A stretch of 63,268 nt of DNA, the filler included, from Diploschistes diacapsis (taxonomy: Eukaryota): the NCBI GenBank assembly GCA_023645945.1. It is 26 parts of 26 records of this genome, joined end to end, with 100 filler letters (N's around TTAATTAATTAA, not from the genome) between each part and the next. Parts side by side here need not be neighbours in the genome. Positions count along the whole stretch, not along the records: positions 9,921 to 32,007 come from JALAIB010000290.1; 25 more parts are not named here. The stretch is one strand, 5' to 3'. Made by a program: the position numbers and the translations under genes. Below, piece by piece: positions 12,528 through 24,849 of this stretch. Under the pieces are notes generated by a model. It had not been told where the DNA came from. It saw nothing but the letters and a program-made list of their open reading frames with translations, and searched no databases. Positions within the stretch are counted from its first letter, which is position 1; every line of letters starts with the position of its first letter.

Positions 12528-13316
12528 CTAAACGAAATCCACTGCGTGTTGAAAAGCTGGGTGCTGGTTGATTGATGGTTCCTCCATTTCTGGGCTGCTT
12601 TTGACTTCGTGCATCATTTCCTGCTGGTGTTCAGGAGCTGCAGTCGACTGCGAGTAACGAGAGGAAACAGTTGGTGCTCGGCGCGGTGCGTTGTAAAGTG
12701 GAAGTCCATCAGTGGAGGCGGCAGCAGAAGAGACAACTGTACGGACTGACGGGCTGCTTCGAGTGACACGCCCAGCGTTGATGCTCTTGTGATAGTTGAC
12801 GTCGTTCGCAACCTTGACGGCGGCCGTGGCACCATACTGACGAATCATACGAGCGGTGACACCCATCTTACGGTCCCTAAAGACATAACTGGCGACGATG
12901 TTGAGAATGCCCATGACGAAGGCAATGATTCCACCACTGACTATGATTTGGAAGAAGCTAGATCCGAGAGTGGACTCGTTCTCATCGTTCGAGTTCAAGT
13001 TCCCGAGAACCATAACACCGTCTATAATCATGAAGACGCCCAAAGTGACGAAGCCAGATTGAACGCTCAGCAACGGCCAGTTGTTCTGGAAGTAGCTCTT
13101 AAAGAACGGAAGCTCCGAGATGATGAGGAATGCGCTCATAAGGATGGTGACCACGTGGCTGACGCTGTCGAAGAAGAAGTAACCGTTGATGATGAAGGTC
13201 TTGACAAGCATAGAGATTGAGGCAGCGATACAGGCTAGCAGAGCGATAATGTTAAGTACTCGAACTGCGTTTAGGGCAAGGTAACCCGAGCCGGAGAGCT
13301 TAAGTTTGAGGCCCAT
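12528..13316 (-). CDS. Conserved fungal 4-TM membrane protein, 262 aa
   Basis: Intact ORF with four hydrophobic segments (GYLALNAVRVLNIIALL, YFFFD, GFVTLG, GILNIVASYVFRD) and a disordered C-terminal tail. Confidence 0.85.
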   Translation of the reverse strand: MGLKLKLSGSGYLALNAVRVLNIIALLACIAASISMLVKTFIINGYFFFDSVSHVVTILMSAFLIISELPFFKSYFQNNWPLLSVQSGFVTLGVFMIIDGVMVLGNLNSNDENESTLGSSFFQIIVSGGIIAFVMGILNIVASYVFRDRKMGVTARMIRQYGATAAVKVANDVNYHKSINAGRVTRSSPSVRTVVSSAAASTDGLPLYNAPRRAPTVSSRYSQSTAAPEHQQEMMHEVKSSPEMEEPSINQHPAFQHAVDFV

Positions 13317-14383
13317 GATTAATGATGTGGTCTTGCTGTTGCTGGAGGAAAGCTGGGTGTGTGCTGGTTGGTATAGATTATAAAAAGAGGCGAACTGCGC
13401 TGCAAGTTCAGTTGAAGATGGTGGAGTTTCGAGGCTTGCTCGCTAATGATGTGAAGGGTGGTGATGATCCGACTCAGTCGGATAAAGCCCAAAGATATAG
13501 TGCACAAGAGAAGAGAAGAGAACAAAGGCGCCAGCGACCTATCGAACAATTGCACAAAGGTAATAAGAACAAACGTACACAATCGAGAGAAGAAGAAAGG
13601 CGGACTGGAGTCACGATTATGAACTAACGCGGTGAACAATGCGTTGATCAACGCGTCAATACATGTCATTGTCGAAAGCTTGACAATAGCATTGAAGTTA
13701 AGCTTGATACAGTCCCATTGTGCAAGAACTTCAACTCATTGGAGAGCAATGATTGGCCGACCAAGTTCTAATCACCCCCTTCTCTCATATTTCTTAATCG
13801 TGAATCCCGTTTCGAGGTTTCCGTTTGCAAGAGACATGTCTAGTAGGCGTGGTCTTGAACTGTCTCCCCCTCTGGTGACTCCATAGAGTGAATGGATGTA
13901 GTTGACCGGCGTTTTGTTCGCTCAGTGTTTCAAGTCGCGTTCAGCGGCTACACATCCGGAAAGACCAATGATGAAGCGAGCCTTGATCTTAGAACGGGTT
14001 ATTCGGAAACAACTGTCTGGTAGTCCATTAGTACTCGAGCTTATCCAAAACAATCCCGATATATCCTTTCCGTTTATTAAGGATTGAGGCTCATGAGAAT
14101 CAGAAGGAGGGTGCATCAAGCCGAAGAGTTTTGCAGAGAGTGAGACGCGCATAGAACGTACGAAGTTGTAGGAAACTACCGATGTCTTGGCGCTTAAGGC
14201 CCTGGCTGCGATTTCTATTTTTCTGCCATCTCATATCCGCTGCCCTCGTCCACTCGAAATCATCCCACCTTTTGTTTCTTTGCTAGGGCCGCCTCCTCAG
14301 ACATACCCGCTGCGGAGTACACCTATCATCGTAGACTCTCGTTCCGAGTTGATAATATTGCTCGTATCAGCCAAGCCTACAGA

Positions 14384-14747
14384 ATGACTCGAGGCAATCA
14401 ACGCGAGAAGGCCCGGGAGAAGAACGCAAAGACGCTAGCCGCAGAGGTAGGTCCATGCTGGTGCGTCCCTTGTGATCCTTTTTCAGATCGTTAACAATCC
14501 TCTCTTTAGAAAAAGAAGAACAGCGTATGTTCCTCCTTCTATATCATGTGTTTACAAGGATCTCTCATTGTCGGTAGATGAGTGGGAGCCAGCAAGCCGC
14601 CGATAAGGAGAAGGTTGCTGCCATCATGCGAGAAAAGCAAGCCAAAGGTCAGCAAGCTTATGGGTACTGTTTAGGTCCGCAGGATGCTGAAGTTCAACAG
14701 CGGATGCTATAGCAAAGTCCGGTGAAGGAGCTTCGAAAAAAAAGTAA
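14384..14747 (+). CDS. SERF/4F5 (small EDRK-rich factor) protein, 64 aa; exons 14384-14446, 14510-14524, 14578-14647, 14701-14747
   Basis: The spliced product MTRGNQREKAREKNAKTLAAEKKKNSMSGSQQAADKEKVAAIMREKQAKADAIAKSGEGASKKK has the 4F5 signature (MTRGNQRE.AR...A.IMR.KQ). Three GT-AG introns keep the frame. It is absent from the ORF track. Confidence 0.92.
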
Positions 14748-15228
14748 TCACAGGAGTTAGGTGTCCTGCTGCGAGGGCAGGCTGCGTTATGATTTCCATC
14801 ATCAGCACCCAGCCGCTGCTGGCCGTTGACTACTTTAGGGGTGCTTCCCTTAGCGAGGCGTATTCTGGCTCATGTTTCCCCCTTTCTGGCCACACGCGCC
14901 AACATCTCAATTGAATCACATGGTTATTCGCATGCTATGAAAGCTTTCCAATAATTGTTGAATACGTGAAGCTATGACTTAGAATCTATACTTCGGCGCT
15001 GTATAATACCATTGCAATGCGTGCCTCTAATGCTTTCATCCAAGTGCTGAAAGACGCCCCTGCCCCTAAGGTTGATTGTGAAGATCAAATAGCCCACAAC
15101 AAGTGCGGGAATAAGAATAGTAAACCTAAATCAAAGATACCAAGTCCATCGGCCTTGCCCACTCATAAGCAGGTCTTCAAGTATATAATTACAACAAACA
15201 CTCTGACCCATGGACTGATTCAGCTTGC

Positions 15229-16150
15229 TCAGCTACCGCCCTGCATATTGCCGGCTGGCAAAGCGCCGGACATGCCTCCAAAGTTGCCAATGCCTTGCTG
15301 GGCAGCCATTGGAAATTGCGCAACGCCGCAAAGGCAGGAGCACTGGCAGTTACCGGATCCGTCAGTTGTCCCTGTGCCGCTAGCCATGGAGGTTGCAGCT
15401 GGTGGTGCGGCGGCAACTGATGTAGCCGCTGGTGGTGCGGCGGCGGCGGCTGAGCTGGCTGGAGGTGCAGCGCCGGCTGCAGTACCGTTTTGCTGCATAG
15501 CCATGGCCATGAACATTGCTTGGCTTTTTGCTGCGGTAGGGTTGATGCTGAAAGTCATGCCCATGCCACAGTGAGAAGATTCTGGTGTCTTCTGCTTGCA
15601 GTAAAACCCTAGAAAGAATGTCAGTTTGTTGCAGTGGAGCGCTCTAAAGGTTGTGCGGCTTACATTGCGGGTCCGTGGTGTTGACTTGAAGCTTCATCGC
15701 CGGTGGTGGGTTGATGGTGTTGTTCGGGTTTGCCATCGTAAAACCAGTATCAAGCAGCTTGGCGTTCACACAAGGGGTCTGGAAGCTGGACTGAGTGACG
15801 GTATGGTTTTGAGACATAAAGTTGAACTGGACGTAGTCCCCAATTGCCGCATTGATTGTGTTCGGCGTATAGACAAGACCTGCAGTTCCCCCGACCATGA
15901 CCTGGCTACCGTTAACTTGCGGGACATGTTATCGAGGGGTAATCTTGCGCACCTGGTGGGTTTGTGGAGTCATCCCTGAAGACGACATCGGAGGGTTAAC
16001 ATTCATCCATGAAGCTCCGCCTCCAGCATTCGTGGCGATGATGATGATCGTATCTCCTTGAGGTACAGTCACAGTATCAGTGCCAGTGGCCGCCATCTGA
16101 CCCATGACGCCGGTAACGGCTGCCATGAAGGTAAGGAGTCTTCCGATCAT
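15229..16150 (-). CDS. Secreted cupredoxin-fold (extracellular serine-rich family) protein; exons 16150-15953, 15901-15664, 15608-15229
   Basis: Signal peptide plus VMVGG..LVYTP..GD.VQFNF..NHTVTQSSF..PC and QWFYCKQ..HCGMGMTFSINP (His/Cys/His/Met type-1 copper-like ligands). Two canonical introns keep the frame. Confidence 0.88.
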
Positions 16151-17901
16151 GGTTTCGGTTACGCAAAGATATCTTCGGTTTTAGAGTGAAAAGGAAGAAT
16201 GCGCAAGGCCTGCTGCGTGTGCTAGCAAATGATGGGACGACTTGAGTTGATAGTCAAGCGAGGCGAGAGAGCCTAACGTGGTGAGCCTGCTCGAAGAAAT
16301 GAATGGACCTTCTATACAAGAACGGAAACACTACGAGACAGAAGAGATGAAGAAGAGAAACAGAAGTCAGTGGAAATGCATTGTACTTTAACCACAGATA
16401 TCATTGCTTTGACCTCAGCGCAAGGAGAAGTGCTACAGCATTTGTATCATGCAAGAGACGGTTGGTATCTGCGTTGTTACCTGAGGACCCGCGAGGTCGC
16501 CATGAATCTGCATTTAGCATTGACGTAGTGGGAGACATCGTTCTCACAGAGAAACAGCAATGACTCTAGTAAGGAGGGTTTTTCGGCGCGTGCATGAGGA
16601 TGCATGAAAACAGATTTGTAGGCCAAGGCGGCTATCGTCTCAGATCAGCACCTGTATTAATGCGTAAGCATCTCTTTACTCTTCTCGCTTAACTTTCCTT
16701 TCTCAGTTGGAAAAACACTTGGCATCATCCCTCTGCTTTCGAACCGCCCTTTACCGACGGCTCCCAAATTTGCTTCGATTTAATCTTTTACTACAATGGC
16801 ACGCTGCCAACACCGACACCATTAATGCCGTTTAGCCCGACGTAATTGTCAGGAGGCTTGCAGTAGATTGGAATGAGTAGACATTCTAGGCCTCAGGGCT
16901 CAAAGTGAGCTTGAACGTCCTGCTTATGTAACCAAGGATGGCGCACATAACTTACCTCTGGGGGAGTAGTGAATCCAATTCCTCTATTTACTTTGGCCTC
17001 ATAAGCAGAACTTAAATGGATGCCGATCCACTTAATCAGAGCCATGCCATGCCCGGACAAAGGAACAAGCTAAAAAGGTCATATCAAGGGCTTCGAATCT
17101 CAATGTTGAATCAAGATCAAGTTTCGTGCCTAGTCCCTTGACGTTGGCCCTCGTAAAGACCCGTGTAATATCCTGCCCAGTACCACGACATCATCAAGTC
17201 TCTCAGACCTTGATCTTGCGTAGCTGAGTCAAATTAACTAATAGTGAGATTGGAGGTCTAGAATTCAAGCCTTACAATGCGCAACTGCAAAATTCGGAAG
17301 GATGCAATCCGAAGATTCACCTTGTGTCTCAAGGGGAACGCCGTGGCCATTGCTATGGTTCTCTCTTGACGTTGTGTTCTGGGAGTATCAATGGTGTGCA
17401 ACTTTTGAAGATGGTAAACAAACCAGCGAAGAATTGTTCGTCAATTTCAAATCAATAGCTCCATTGCTGCGAGCAATGGTTGGTGAAGATGTCTTTGTTG
17501 ATAACGTGCCACCTCCTCCCACAGTACTGAGGCCGGCCATGTCCACTTCATGCTGTTGATTCACCTCCTCTTCTGAAGCCTTCAGGAGATCTTGGACTCT
17601 CTCACCGCGAGCGTGTATACTGTGATACCTCTGAGCCAGTTATCAATCCTCTTCATTTGAGATTAGACTGCAGCCTCACCTTATACTCCTCGTATGACTG
17701 GTCCCATGATTCGAGCAGACCTTTATCGTCCCAGACTTCCGCATGCGACAATTCTCTTCTTTTCTTGCCCATTATCCCAGTCTGAAATTGTTGAGTAGCC
17801 CAGTAAGATGCGAGTAGAGAACCTTGGAAGTCACGAACGAGTAAATCGAAAGCTTGGCATTCTGTGTCCGCCTCACATTCAATAATAACGTGTTAGTGTT
17901 A

Positions 17902-18093
17902 ACGTGTTTCACCACAAAACGGGTTACAATCCCTGCACCTTCGTAAAATGTATTTCTTAACATTTTCACCTTTCGTACAAATAATTCTATGTGTGGTTGT
18001 GGGGCTCAAAAGCTCGCTTAAAACTATCTAGCGCATCTACATTATAATGAGTAACCCGCTTTGTGGTGTAACCCGTTTTGTGGTGAAAGACGT
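17902..18093. mobile_element. 192-bp Fot1/pogo-type MITE with TA TSD
   Basis: TA|ACGTGTTTCACCACAAAACGGGTTACA ... TGTAACCCGTTTTGTGGTGAAAGACGT|TA. Related ends occur at about 39195-39322 and 60442-60516. Confidence 0.85.
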
Positions 18094-18709
18094 TACGAGC
18101 CATGCTGGTACGATTTGTTTTAGTAACTAACGGGATAGCATAACCTTCATTAGTTTAGATTAATGGCAAAAATCGAAATTAATTCAAACCTAATAGTAGT
18201 CTCCAATTATCCAGTAAGTCGAGGTCCTACTAGAAGCTTTTCAGTCAGTCAGACTAACCTATTTAGGTTAATAGTCTGACAGCCATTTTTCTTAAGTGTT
18301 TACCCTATGTAAGGCATTAAAGAAAATTCAAAGAAATTCGAAAAAATCTCCCATGTATAATGCTTTCAAAGTTCTATATAGTGTTATTAATTTTCGATTT
18401 GGCACATTGCTGGGGAAGATAATTGCGTATAAAAATTGATCGATTTTAATGAGAAATGGGGGGACCCAAACTACTTTGGGCACCCCACTGCATTACACAA
18501 CACTTGGAATACTACCCAGGCCGACACATGTTATGACCAAATGGCCTGCAAGTAGAATTTAAAATGGAAGGAACCGCAGAAATATGAGATCAATACGATG
18601 TGGCTTTGATGGAAAAGCCCTTCTCAACAGTCGTTCAAGGGGTTGGAAGCGTCTTTTAGGAGAGCAACTCGGTCCTCTAAGAACACAAGGGATAGAGCCC
18701 ATCAATATA

Positions 18710-18816
18710 CAGACTAGGCCAAAAGTAGTTAGGTACACCATAAGCGGCAGTAAAGAGAACAAGTCAACTCTTTACTGCCGCTTATGGTGTACCTAACTAC
18801 TTTTGGCACCTGACTG
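18710..18816. mobile_element. 107-bp hairpin MITE (Tc1/mariner-like, TA-flanked)
   Basis: Perfect 39-bp inverted repeat at 18719-18757 and 18768-18806 with a 10-nt loop. Ends are TA|CAG...CTG|TA. A related solo TIR lies at 18459-18490. Confidence 0.8.
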
Positions 18817-19459
18817 TACGTCTAGCGTTTGCCACGCAAACCGACGCAAACCTTCATAACAGAAATATAGCATTCATAAGATTATTAATGGCTTGCTTCA
18901 GAAAGTATCTTACTGAGAAACGAGCTTTTAACGGTTGATCAACAATACAGTCTTAACGACACCAGAACATGCATGAAAGCACATCAACTCATCGAGCAGA
19001 TCGATTATGGAGAGACAAAAAAGCACATTAAGTAGGTTTAGCAAGTATATTGTAGCGGATGCAGTCGAGGCAAATGAGCACTAGGAGTGCTTCGAATTTT
19101 TCATCTGTCAATGTATGAGGTCTGTATCTGAAGAGCGGGGATGATCATGTCTTGCTCTAACATTTCAAGATTTGAACGTGACAATCACACAGAGTAAATG
19201 TTGCATTGTTCCACCAATGTGCTCGTGTGGGTTGTATTGGGTCCCAAGTGAGCACGAAATTAGGCGACGAAATTAGGAAGAGAATGGAGGTACAGACGGC
19301 CCACCGTATGGGTGCGATCGGGGCCAAGTCTCTATGGAGTTCTAGTGAATTACTTGACACACGCCAGTCTCGGGAGACAAACCCGGTCGCCGGGGGCACA
19401 GAGTGTTAGCTGACATTGTTCACCCAATCTAATCTTCGCGCACACTTTACCCCCCGGAT

Positions 19460-19521
19460 GCTGGCTGGCTGGTTGGCTGGCTGGTTGGCTCGCTGGCTGG
19501 CTCGCTGGCTGGCTCGCTGGC
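19460..19521. repeat. Imperfect (GCTG)n microsatellite
   Basis: GCTGGCTGGCTGGTTGGCTGGCTGGTTGGCTCGCTGG... Confidence 0.85.
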
Positions 19522-19967
19522 ACAGCCCTGAAATGTCATTCAAACAAACACGGAACACTCACTCATGGGCTGATCCATGAAACAGCCCACACCCACTAAA
19601 CTATCTTAGTGCCCGCCCAACGCGCAAATCACAACTCAGGGCAACACGGTTGTTCGGCCTGCCTACATCTCTACATATAACCGTTTCTTCAATCTCTCTT
19701 TTTGGTTTTTTAAAACCTACCAGCCTTGGATCACTGCTCCTGTATATTCTTTTCTTCATTGTCATCTCTTGTAGAGATCTTACATTCTTTTTCACCAGCC
19801 ACTCTTTTTAGGAGCTACGGTCCTTTCTCGCTGCTGGCTTCATTCTTCTGCAGGTTTAAAAATAAAGATTTGGGTCCGAAGGCATATCGCTCAATTTAAA
19901 CCGAAGACCGGACTTCTTCGACTTCTTCCGTTCGACACCTCTTCTAGCAATCCTTACAAGTTCAAAG

Positions 19968-21117
19968 ATGCTCAAGCAGGTTGCTGTTGTCCTTGCGGCT
20001 GCCATGGCAGCTGTTGGTGTCGAGGCCAAGAATGTACCTCGCCACCAGCACTTCCATTACGCCCGCCAATTGGGCAACACCACGACGTCTACTGCTTCCA
20101 CTTCGGCCGAGCAGATGGTAAGCCTAATCGTACTGGTGTTTCCCAGCAGCCTTCACCCTTACTCATTGCCACCAGGTTACCAGTATCGTCTCTACCACCA
20201 TTCTCAGCACCATCGTGAGTTGCGCGCCCACCGTGTCTGATTGTCCCGTTTCCGAATCAACGTTCACTACGGTGATTACCGACGTTGTTCCCGCCTATAC
20301 AACCATCTGTCCGATTACTGCTTCTCTCGGTGCTTCTCCATCTTCTTCCGCTGTTCCCGCTACCTCTTCTGCTGGTTCTGGTGCCAGCTCAACTGGTCGT
20401 GCCTCTCCTTCGATACCGATCGCCACCGCCTCAGCTTCTGCTTCAATCCCAATGGGCACTGGCTCGGCTTCTACGTCAGCTGCTGCCGGGTCTGGATTTC
20501 CCAGTGCTAGCGCTCCGGGCAACAGTACAGGTACTACAACCGTTCAAATGACTAGCACGGAGACCATTGTATCGGTAAGCAAATCCCCCCCCCCATTGCT
20601 AATGCTGTTATCTTACAACTGATAGACTGTTTATGCGACTTCCACTGCTGGCTCTGGGTCGGGATCCGGATCCGGCTCCGGCTCCGGCGGCCCCGGACCC
20701 AACACCTCGCCTAACGCTGGTGGAAATAGTAGTCCCACCACTACAATTATATCAACTTCAGTTTCCACTAGCTTTGTCACGCTTAATGTCCCTACAAACA
20801 CAGCGAACGCTGGATCTGGTGGATCTGGTGGGTCTGGAGGCTCTGGTGGATCTGGAGGCTCTGGTGGATCTGGGAGCGGTTGCACTCCCCAAGTCACTGT
20901 CACCGTCACTGCCCCAGATGCTACTGTTACAGTTCCGGCCACACCAACCAGCTCCGTCGCAGCTATCGTTACCCAATCGGCGTCAATTTCCTCAACTCCA
21001 TTCCCTTACAGTAACGGCACACATCATACCGGGACTAAAAAGCCTTGCTCTTCTTCCGGTTTCCTAACTCGATCATCCGGCGCGCCATTCCCCACGCATT
21101 ACCGCCGTGAGTGGTGA
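19968..21117 (+). CDS. Secreted Ser/Thr/Gly-rich cell-surface protein; exons 19968-20117, 20176-20574, 20626-21117
   Basis: Signal peptide MLKQVAVVLAAAMAAVGVEA, motif TIVSCAPTVSDCP..YTTICP and GSG repeats. Two GTAAGC...AG introns join into one frame ending HYRREW*. Confidence 0.85.
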
Positions 21118-22026
21118 TTCAATCTCGAACATTCAAACTTATTTCATGGCGTCGTTGAACGCACTGTGACCTCGAATTTATCTTCTACTGTATATATTTG
21201 GATATTCCCTGGCAAGTCTCACCAGTCGGTCTTCTCCGAGATTCATACAAGCGAGCCGTTTATCGGATTTTACAGGTCTGGCAGGCGTGCATGATTTGCA
21301 TTTGATAGACCTACATGTATGGAGTCCAATGAATTCATAGGGAAGAGTTGATTGAGCATGGAAACCACATCTAAGATATGTCTCAATGATGGCTTGTCCT
21401 GTAAACTCCCACAAGCTGCCCCGAACCATCTCTCGCTTTTTCCAATGCCCAGAACGGTGCCATTTGGCTGTGTGTTTTACTTTTAGTAGAGATGTCGCTG
21501 CCTACGCACAGATTCATCATATGAAAGACTCCTTGAAATTTGTTCTCTCGAAGGCCCCAAGCTACCACTTGACAAAACGTTTCATTCACCAGTGTTTTAG
21601 AAAGCCTGACGATGAATTAAGCTTGAAGCGGTTTGGCCCGAGCTTAAATAATCCATTTATCAATCTTGGAAGTTCCGAAGGCTTTAGTTGTTGTTCGGGC
21701 CCCGCAAACCGCAGTGGCTGCAAGTCATCTGAAAACCATCCTGCCCATGCTATGTGTAATGAGCAATGCTTTATCCAGCCACTTCCATATCCTAAACCGC
21801 AAACCAGCCTCCAGCATACTCGTTTACATTCTTTTACGTACCAGTTGCATCCAAATCTGCAACCAGGATCTACTTTACCACTAGTACATTGCCACGCATT
21901 GTGTCCGGGATCCGCAAACGGATCTCAGCGCATCGACTTTGACTTACTGCTCACTCGACAGATGTCCAAAGGGAAGCCTTAATCCTTAATCTCAAACGAG
22001 GAGGCACTGCGTACTCCACCCTCTGT

Positions 22027-24849
22027 ATGTCAGACCCATCAGCCAGCATGCGCCATACATCGTTACCACCCCATCTCGGCGACCCCAAGGGGGCCGACGC
22101 GGCTGGTGACCTCCAAGACATCACAATGTCTTCCGATGGTGAGAGCCAAGCGCTTTATCCATTACCTCCACGAATAGAGGCACGACTGAACCGTCAAGCG
22201 ACTCGAAAGTCTGCTAGTTCCTCTAGAAGGAACTCGGTCTCCTCCTTGCATTCAAGTCGCAGCAATCGATCCTGCCATGGCAGGATGCACAACACACATA
22301 TCGCTCAGCATTTGCGTAGAGCGTCAATCCTGGAGAACCGCAAAGCTCGCCTGGCAGACCGCGCTGCTCACGCTGAGAGGGTGCGCCTGCGCGCTCAAGA
22401 GGCAAAGTCTGCTCCGAGGACCTCAAGGGGCGAAGACCGGGCTTTGGCCGCCCAACAAGCAAGAGAGAGATACCTGGCTCAGGTGGCTGCTAGTTGCGCA
22501 GAAGAAGTTAAGAGGGCAAAGAAGGTGGCTGAACAGCACAGGGAGAGGAAAGCGGCCGAGAACCTGAAGCTTAAGGAAGAGATGGAGGAGAAGCTAGTCG
22601 ATGCTGAGAAGAGAAGGTTGGCTTATCAGCAAAACTTCCGTCGCAATCGCGCTACAAGTGTGGCAGCAGCCGAAGAGAGGAAAACCGCAAACCCGACCTT
22701 CGGGCCAAAAGATGAAGCAAGTGCTGCGAAATCTATTCAAAGAGCTTGGAGATATCATACGCGGCGAAAGATACTTCTCGACTTCCTGGAGCTCGATTTG
22801 GACCTCGCTCACGTGCAGGGGTCAATCTTCGAAGAAGTGTCCGAGTTGCTTGCTCAAGATAGAGTGATCGAGAGGACAAGGAGGGTCATGAGACTTTGTG
22901 GACTGCAAGACGTTGTAGGAGCTGCCAATGGAGAGAATACAGTCGTCCGTGTCTTTCTTTCCTCACACTTGATACTTGGGCACCCAGAGTATGTCCTTAG
23001 CCATGGAGGGGATCGGGAGGAACACCTGATGGAGAAAGCGAAGATCTTATTGATGCAATTCCAAAGGGTGATTTCCAGGGCACCCACTGCATCGAACTTC
23101 TCTCCAACATCCGAACCCATCATATCCTTGTCCGAAGCTTTCTCAGATTTTCAGCTTGCCTTCACAGCTTGGAAGAACCATGATTCCTCCATCTTCATTG
23201 AAACGATGCTGGCCCAGTTTGCTGAGCTTGACGCTATATGGCAGACTGTCAAGAACGAAACCGCTGGTGGAGTGGCAGGAGATTACAAAGAAGGTATTCG
23301 CTATAACCAAACGCTACTACTAGCTCGCTTAAAGCGGCTTGCTGGACCTGAGAAAGCTTTGAAACTCGTGAACGAAGCCATCAGGCGTCGGAGACGGTCA
23401 AGGAGAGTGCCAAAACCTACCGGAGATGTCAAGCCAAGGAGTGCCGTCGTGCATCCAAGTCCATCTGTTTCACTGGACGAGACTTCCGTGCCTGCTCCAG
23501 CAGAGACAAACACTATCCGTGCGCTCGAAAGCGACACCCCTGCTGATCAACTCCAAAAAGTCATGAGCCCATTACCGGACAACCGCATTGTTGTTCACGA
23601 ACTAGCAATCTGTAAGGAGTATAGAATTGACGTTGACGTAGCCTCTGAAGCCAGACAAGCTGTTAGCCGTGGGGTCTTCAACTTCATGAGGCAAGACGCA
23701 CTCGCAGGCAGAGGAAATCCCTGGATTCTCTCCATGGCCGAAGCTCTCCGGGAGAAGCTCTTACGAGTCATACCCCCCGGCAAGCAGCTTCACGCGCAAC
23801 TGTCTGAGGGACTCGACCTCAAGCTTGTACGTCACCAAGTTGAAGCTGGTACTTTTTCATACGACAAATTCTTCGCCTTCATGAACAATCTCCTGCCCAA
23901 GCTTGTGTCGCCAGCGCGAGACCCTCTGGTCAAGGAATTGGCTGCCGACAATAGCCACGATTACGTGGATAAGTTGACGAAGCTGATGCATATTGTTGAC
24001 CTGTTATCGCTGGATTATTCAAACTATCTTTTGATGGTTTCGGCGCCAGATCTCATCAAGCACGCCGCGTCATACGAGCAGCAATGTTTCGAAAAGGCAA
24101 TTGGCAACAAAAAGCTCCCAAAAACGCAACGGTGGTGGAAACTCGCAAAGGAGAACGCTTCAGATGAAAGTTTTCGTCGTTCCGGCGAGTCAAGGTCGGC
24201 TTCGCCAACACCGCAAAGGATATACGTAACGGGTCTTGTCGATCTCTTCATCGCCCTTCCCGTACAAGTTGTTCTAGAAATCCCTGAGAATCTCGAACTC
24301 GACACGTTGAGAATCCAGCGTATTCGCGCGGAAACTTTGCGGATAATTACAGTCTCCTCCATCATTCTGACGGCCAAGAACCTCCTCAAACGTGACGTCC
24401 GCACACAGTGGCGCGCCCAAGCACAACGCATGTGGGACTTCCCTGAAGCCGCAGCTTACGCCGATTCGATGCCGTACCTCTCGGTTCTGGAGTCATCGCA
24501 GGCGCTACCTCCTTCCACCCGAACTTCGCTCTTGGGCACTATAGATCGTGTCTTGGCTGACGCCAGAGCCACACCGAATATCTCTCACCCGGTCATGAAG
24601 GTCGTTCTGCAAAAGCTAAAGTCGCATATTCTGTCACGTCTGTCAGCAACAGGTTCGGAAGAAAGGGTACGGCTCGCGTCCTCGGCAAGCGAAGTGCTCA
24701 GCTCAGGAGGGCTTGCCGAGTTCATAGGGCGCATAAGCGGCATCGTGGATGAGATGGCTAAAGTCAAACAGGTGGATTGGGATGCGCATGGCAGGTGGTT
24801 GGACGAGGTGGCTAAGGAGGTCGCTCTTGATGGCGGTCCCGGTTCTTGA
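22027..24849 (+). CDS. Tcp11/SOK1-family protein with IQ calmodulin-binding motif, 940 aa
   Basis: Long intact ORF with an N-terminal coiled coil, AAKSIQRAWR (IQ), and Tcp11-like segments LPDNRIVVHELAI, LVSPARD and IPENLELD. Confidence 0.88.
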   Translation: MSDPSASMRHTSLPPHLGDPKGADAAGDLQDITMSSDGESQALYPLPPRIEARLNRQATRKSASSSRRNSVSSLHSSRSNRSCHGRMHNTHIAQHLRRASILENRKARLADRAAHAERVRLRAQEAKSAPRTSRGEDRALAAQQARERYLAQVAASCAEEVKRAKKVAEQHRERKAAENLKLKEEMEEKLVDAEKRRLAYQQNFRRNRATSVAAAEERKTANPTFGPKDEASAAKSIQRAWRYHTRRKILLDFLELDLDLAHVQGSIFEEVSELLAQDRVIERTRRVMRLCGLQDVVGAANGENTVVRVFLSSHLILGHPEYVLSHGGDREEHLMEKAKILLMQFQRVISRAPTASNFSPTSEPIISLSEAFSDFQLAFTAWKNHDSSIFIETMLAQFAELDAIWQTVKNETAGGVAGDYKEGIRYNQTLLLARLKRLAGPEKALKLVNEAIRRRRRSRRVPKPTGDVKPRSAVVHPSPSVSLDETSVPAPAETNTIRALESDTPADQLQKVMSPLPDNRIVVHELAICKEYRIDVDVASEARQAVSRGVFNFMRQDALAGRGNPWILSMAEALREKLLRVIPPGKQLHAQLSEGLDLKLVRHQVEAGTFSYDKFFAFMNNLLPKLVSPARDPLVKELAADNSHDYVDKLTKLMHIVDLLSLDYSNYLLMVSAPDLIKHAASYEQQCFEKAIGNKKLPKTQRWWKLAKENASDESFRRSGESRSASPTPQRIYVTGLVDLFIALPVQVVLEIPENLELDTLRIQRIRAETLRIITVSSIILTAKNLLKRDVRTQWRAQAQRMWDFPEAAAYADSMPYLSVLESSQALPPSTRTSLLGTIDRVLADARATPNISHPVMKVVLQKLKSHILSRLSATGSEERVRLASSASEVLSSGGLAEFIGRISGIVDEMAKVKQVDWDAHGRWLDEVAKEVALDGGPGS

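Noticed and set aside
21386..21982. 198-aa ORF upstream of the Tcp11 gene, and similar ORFs at 15017, 26265 and 56882
   Set aside because: No recognisable motifs or coding bias, so these are likely intergenic, UTR or antisense ORFs.
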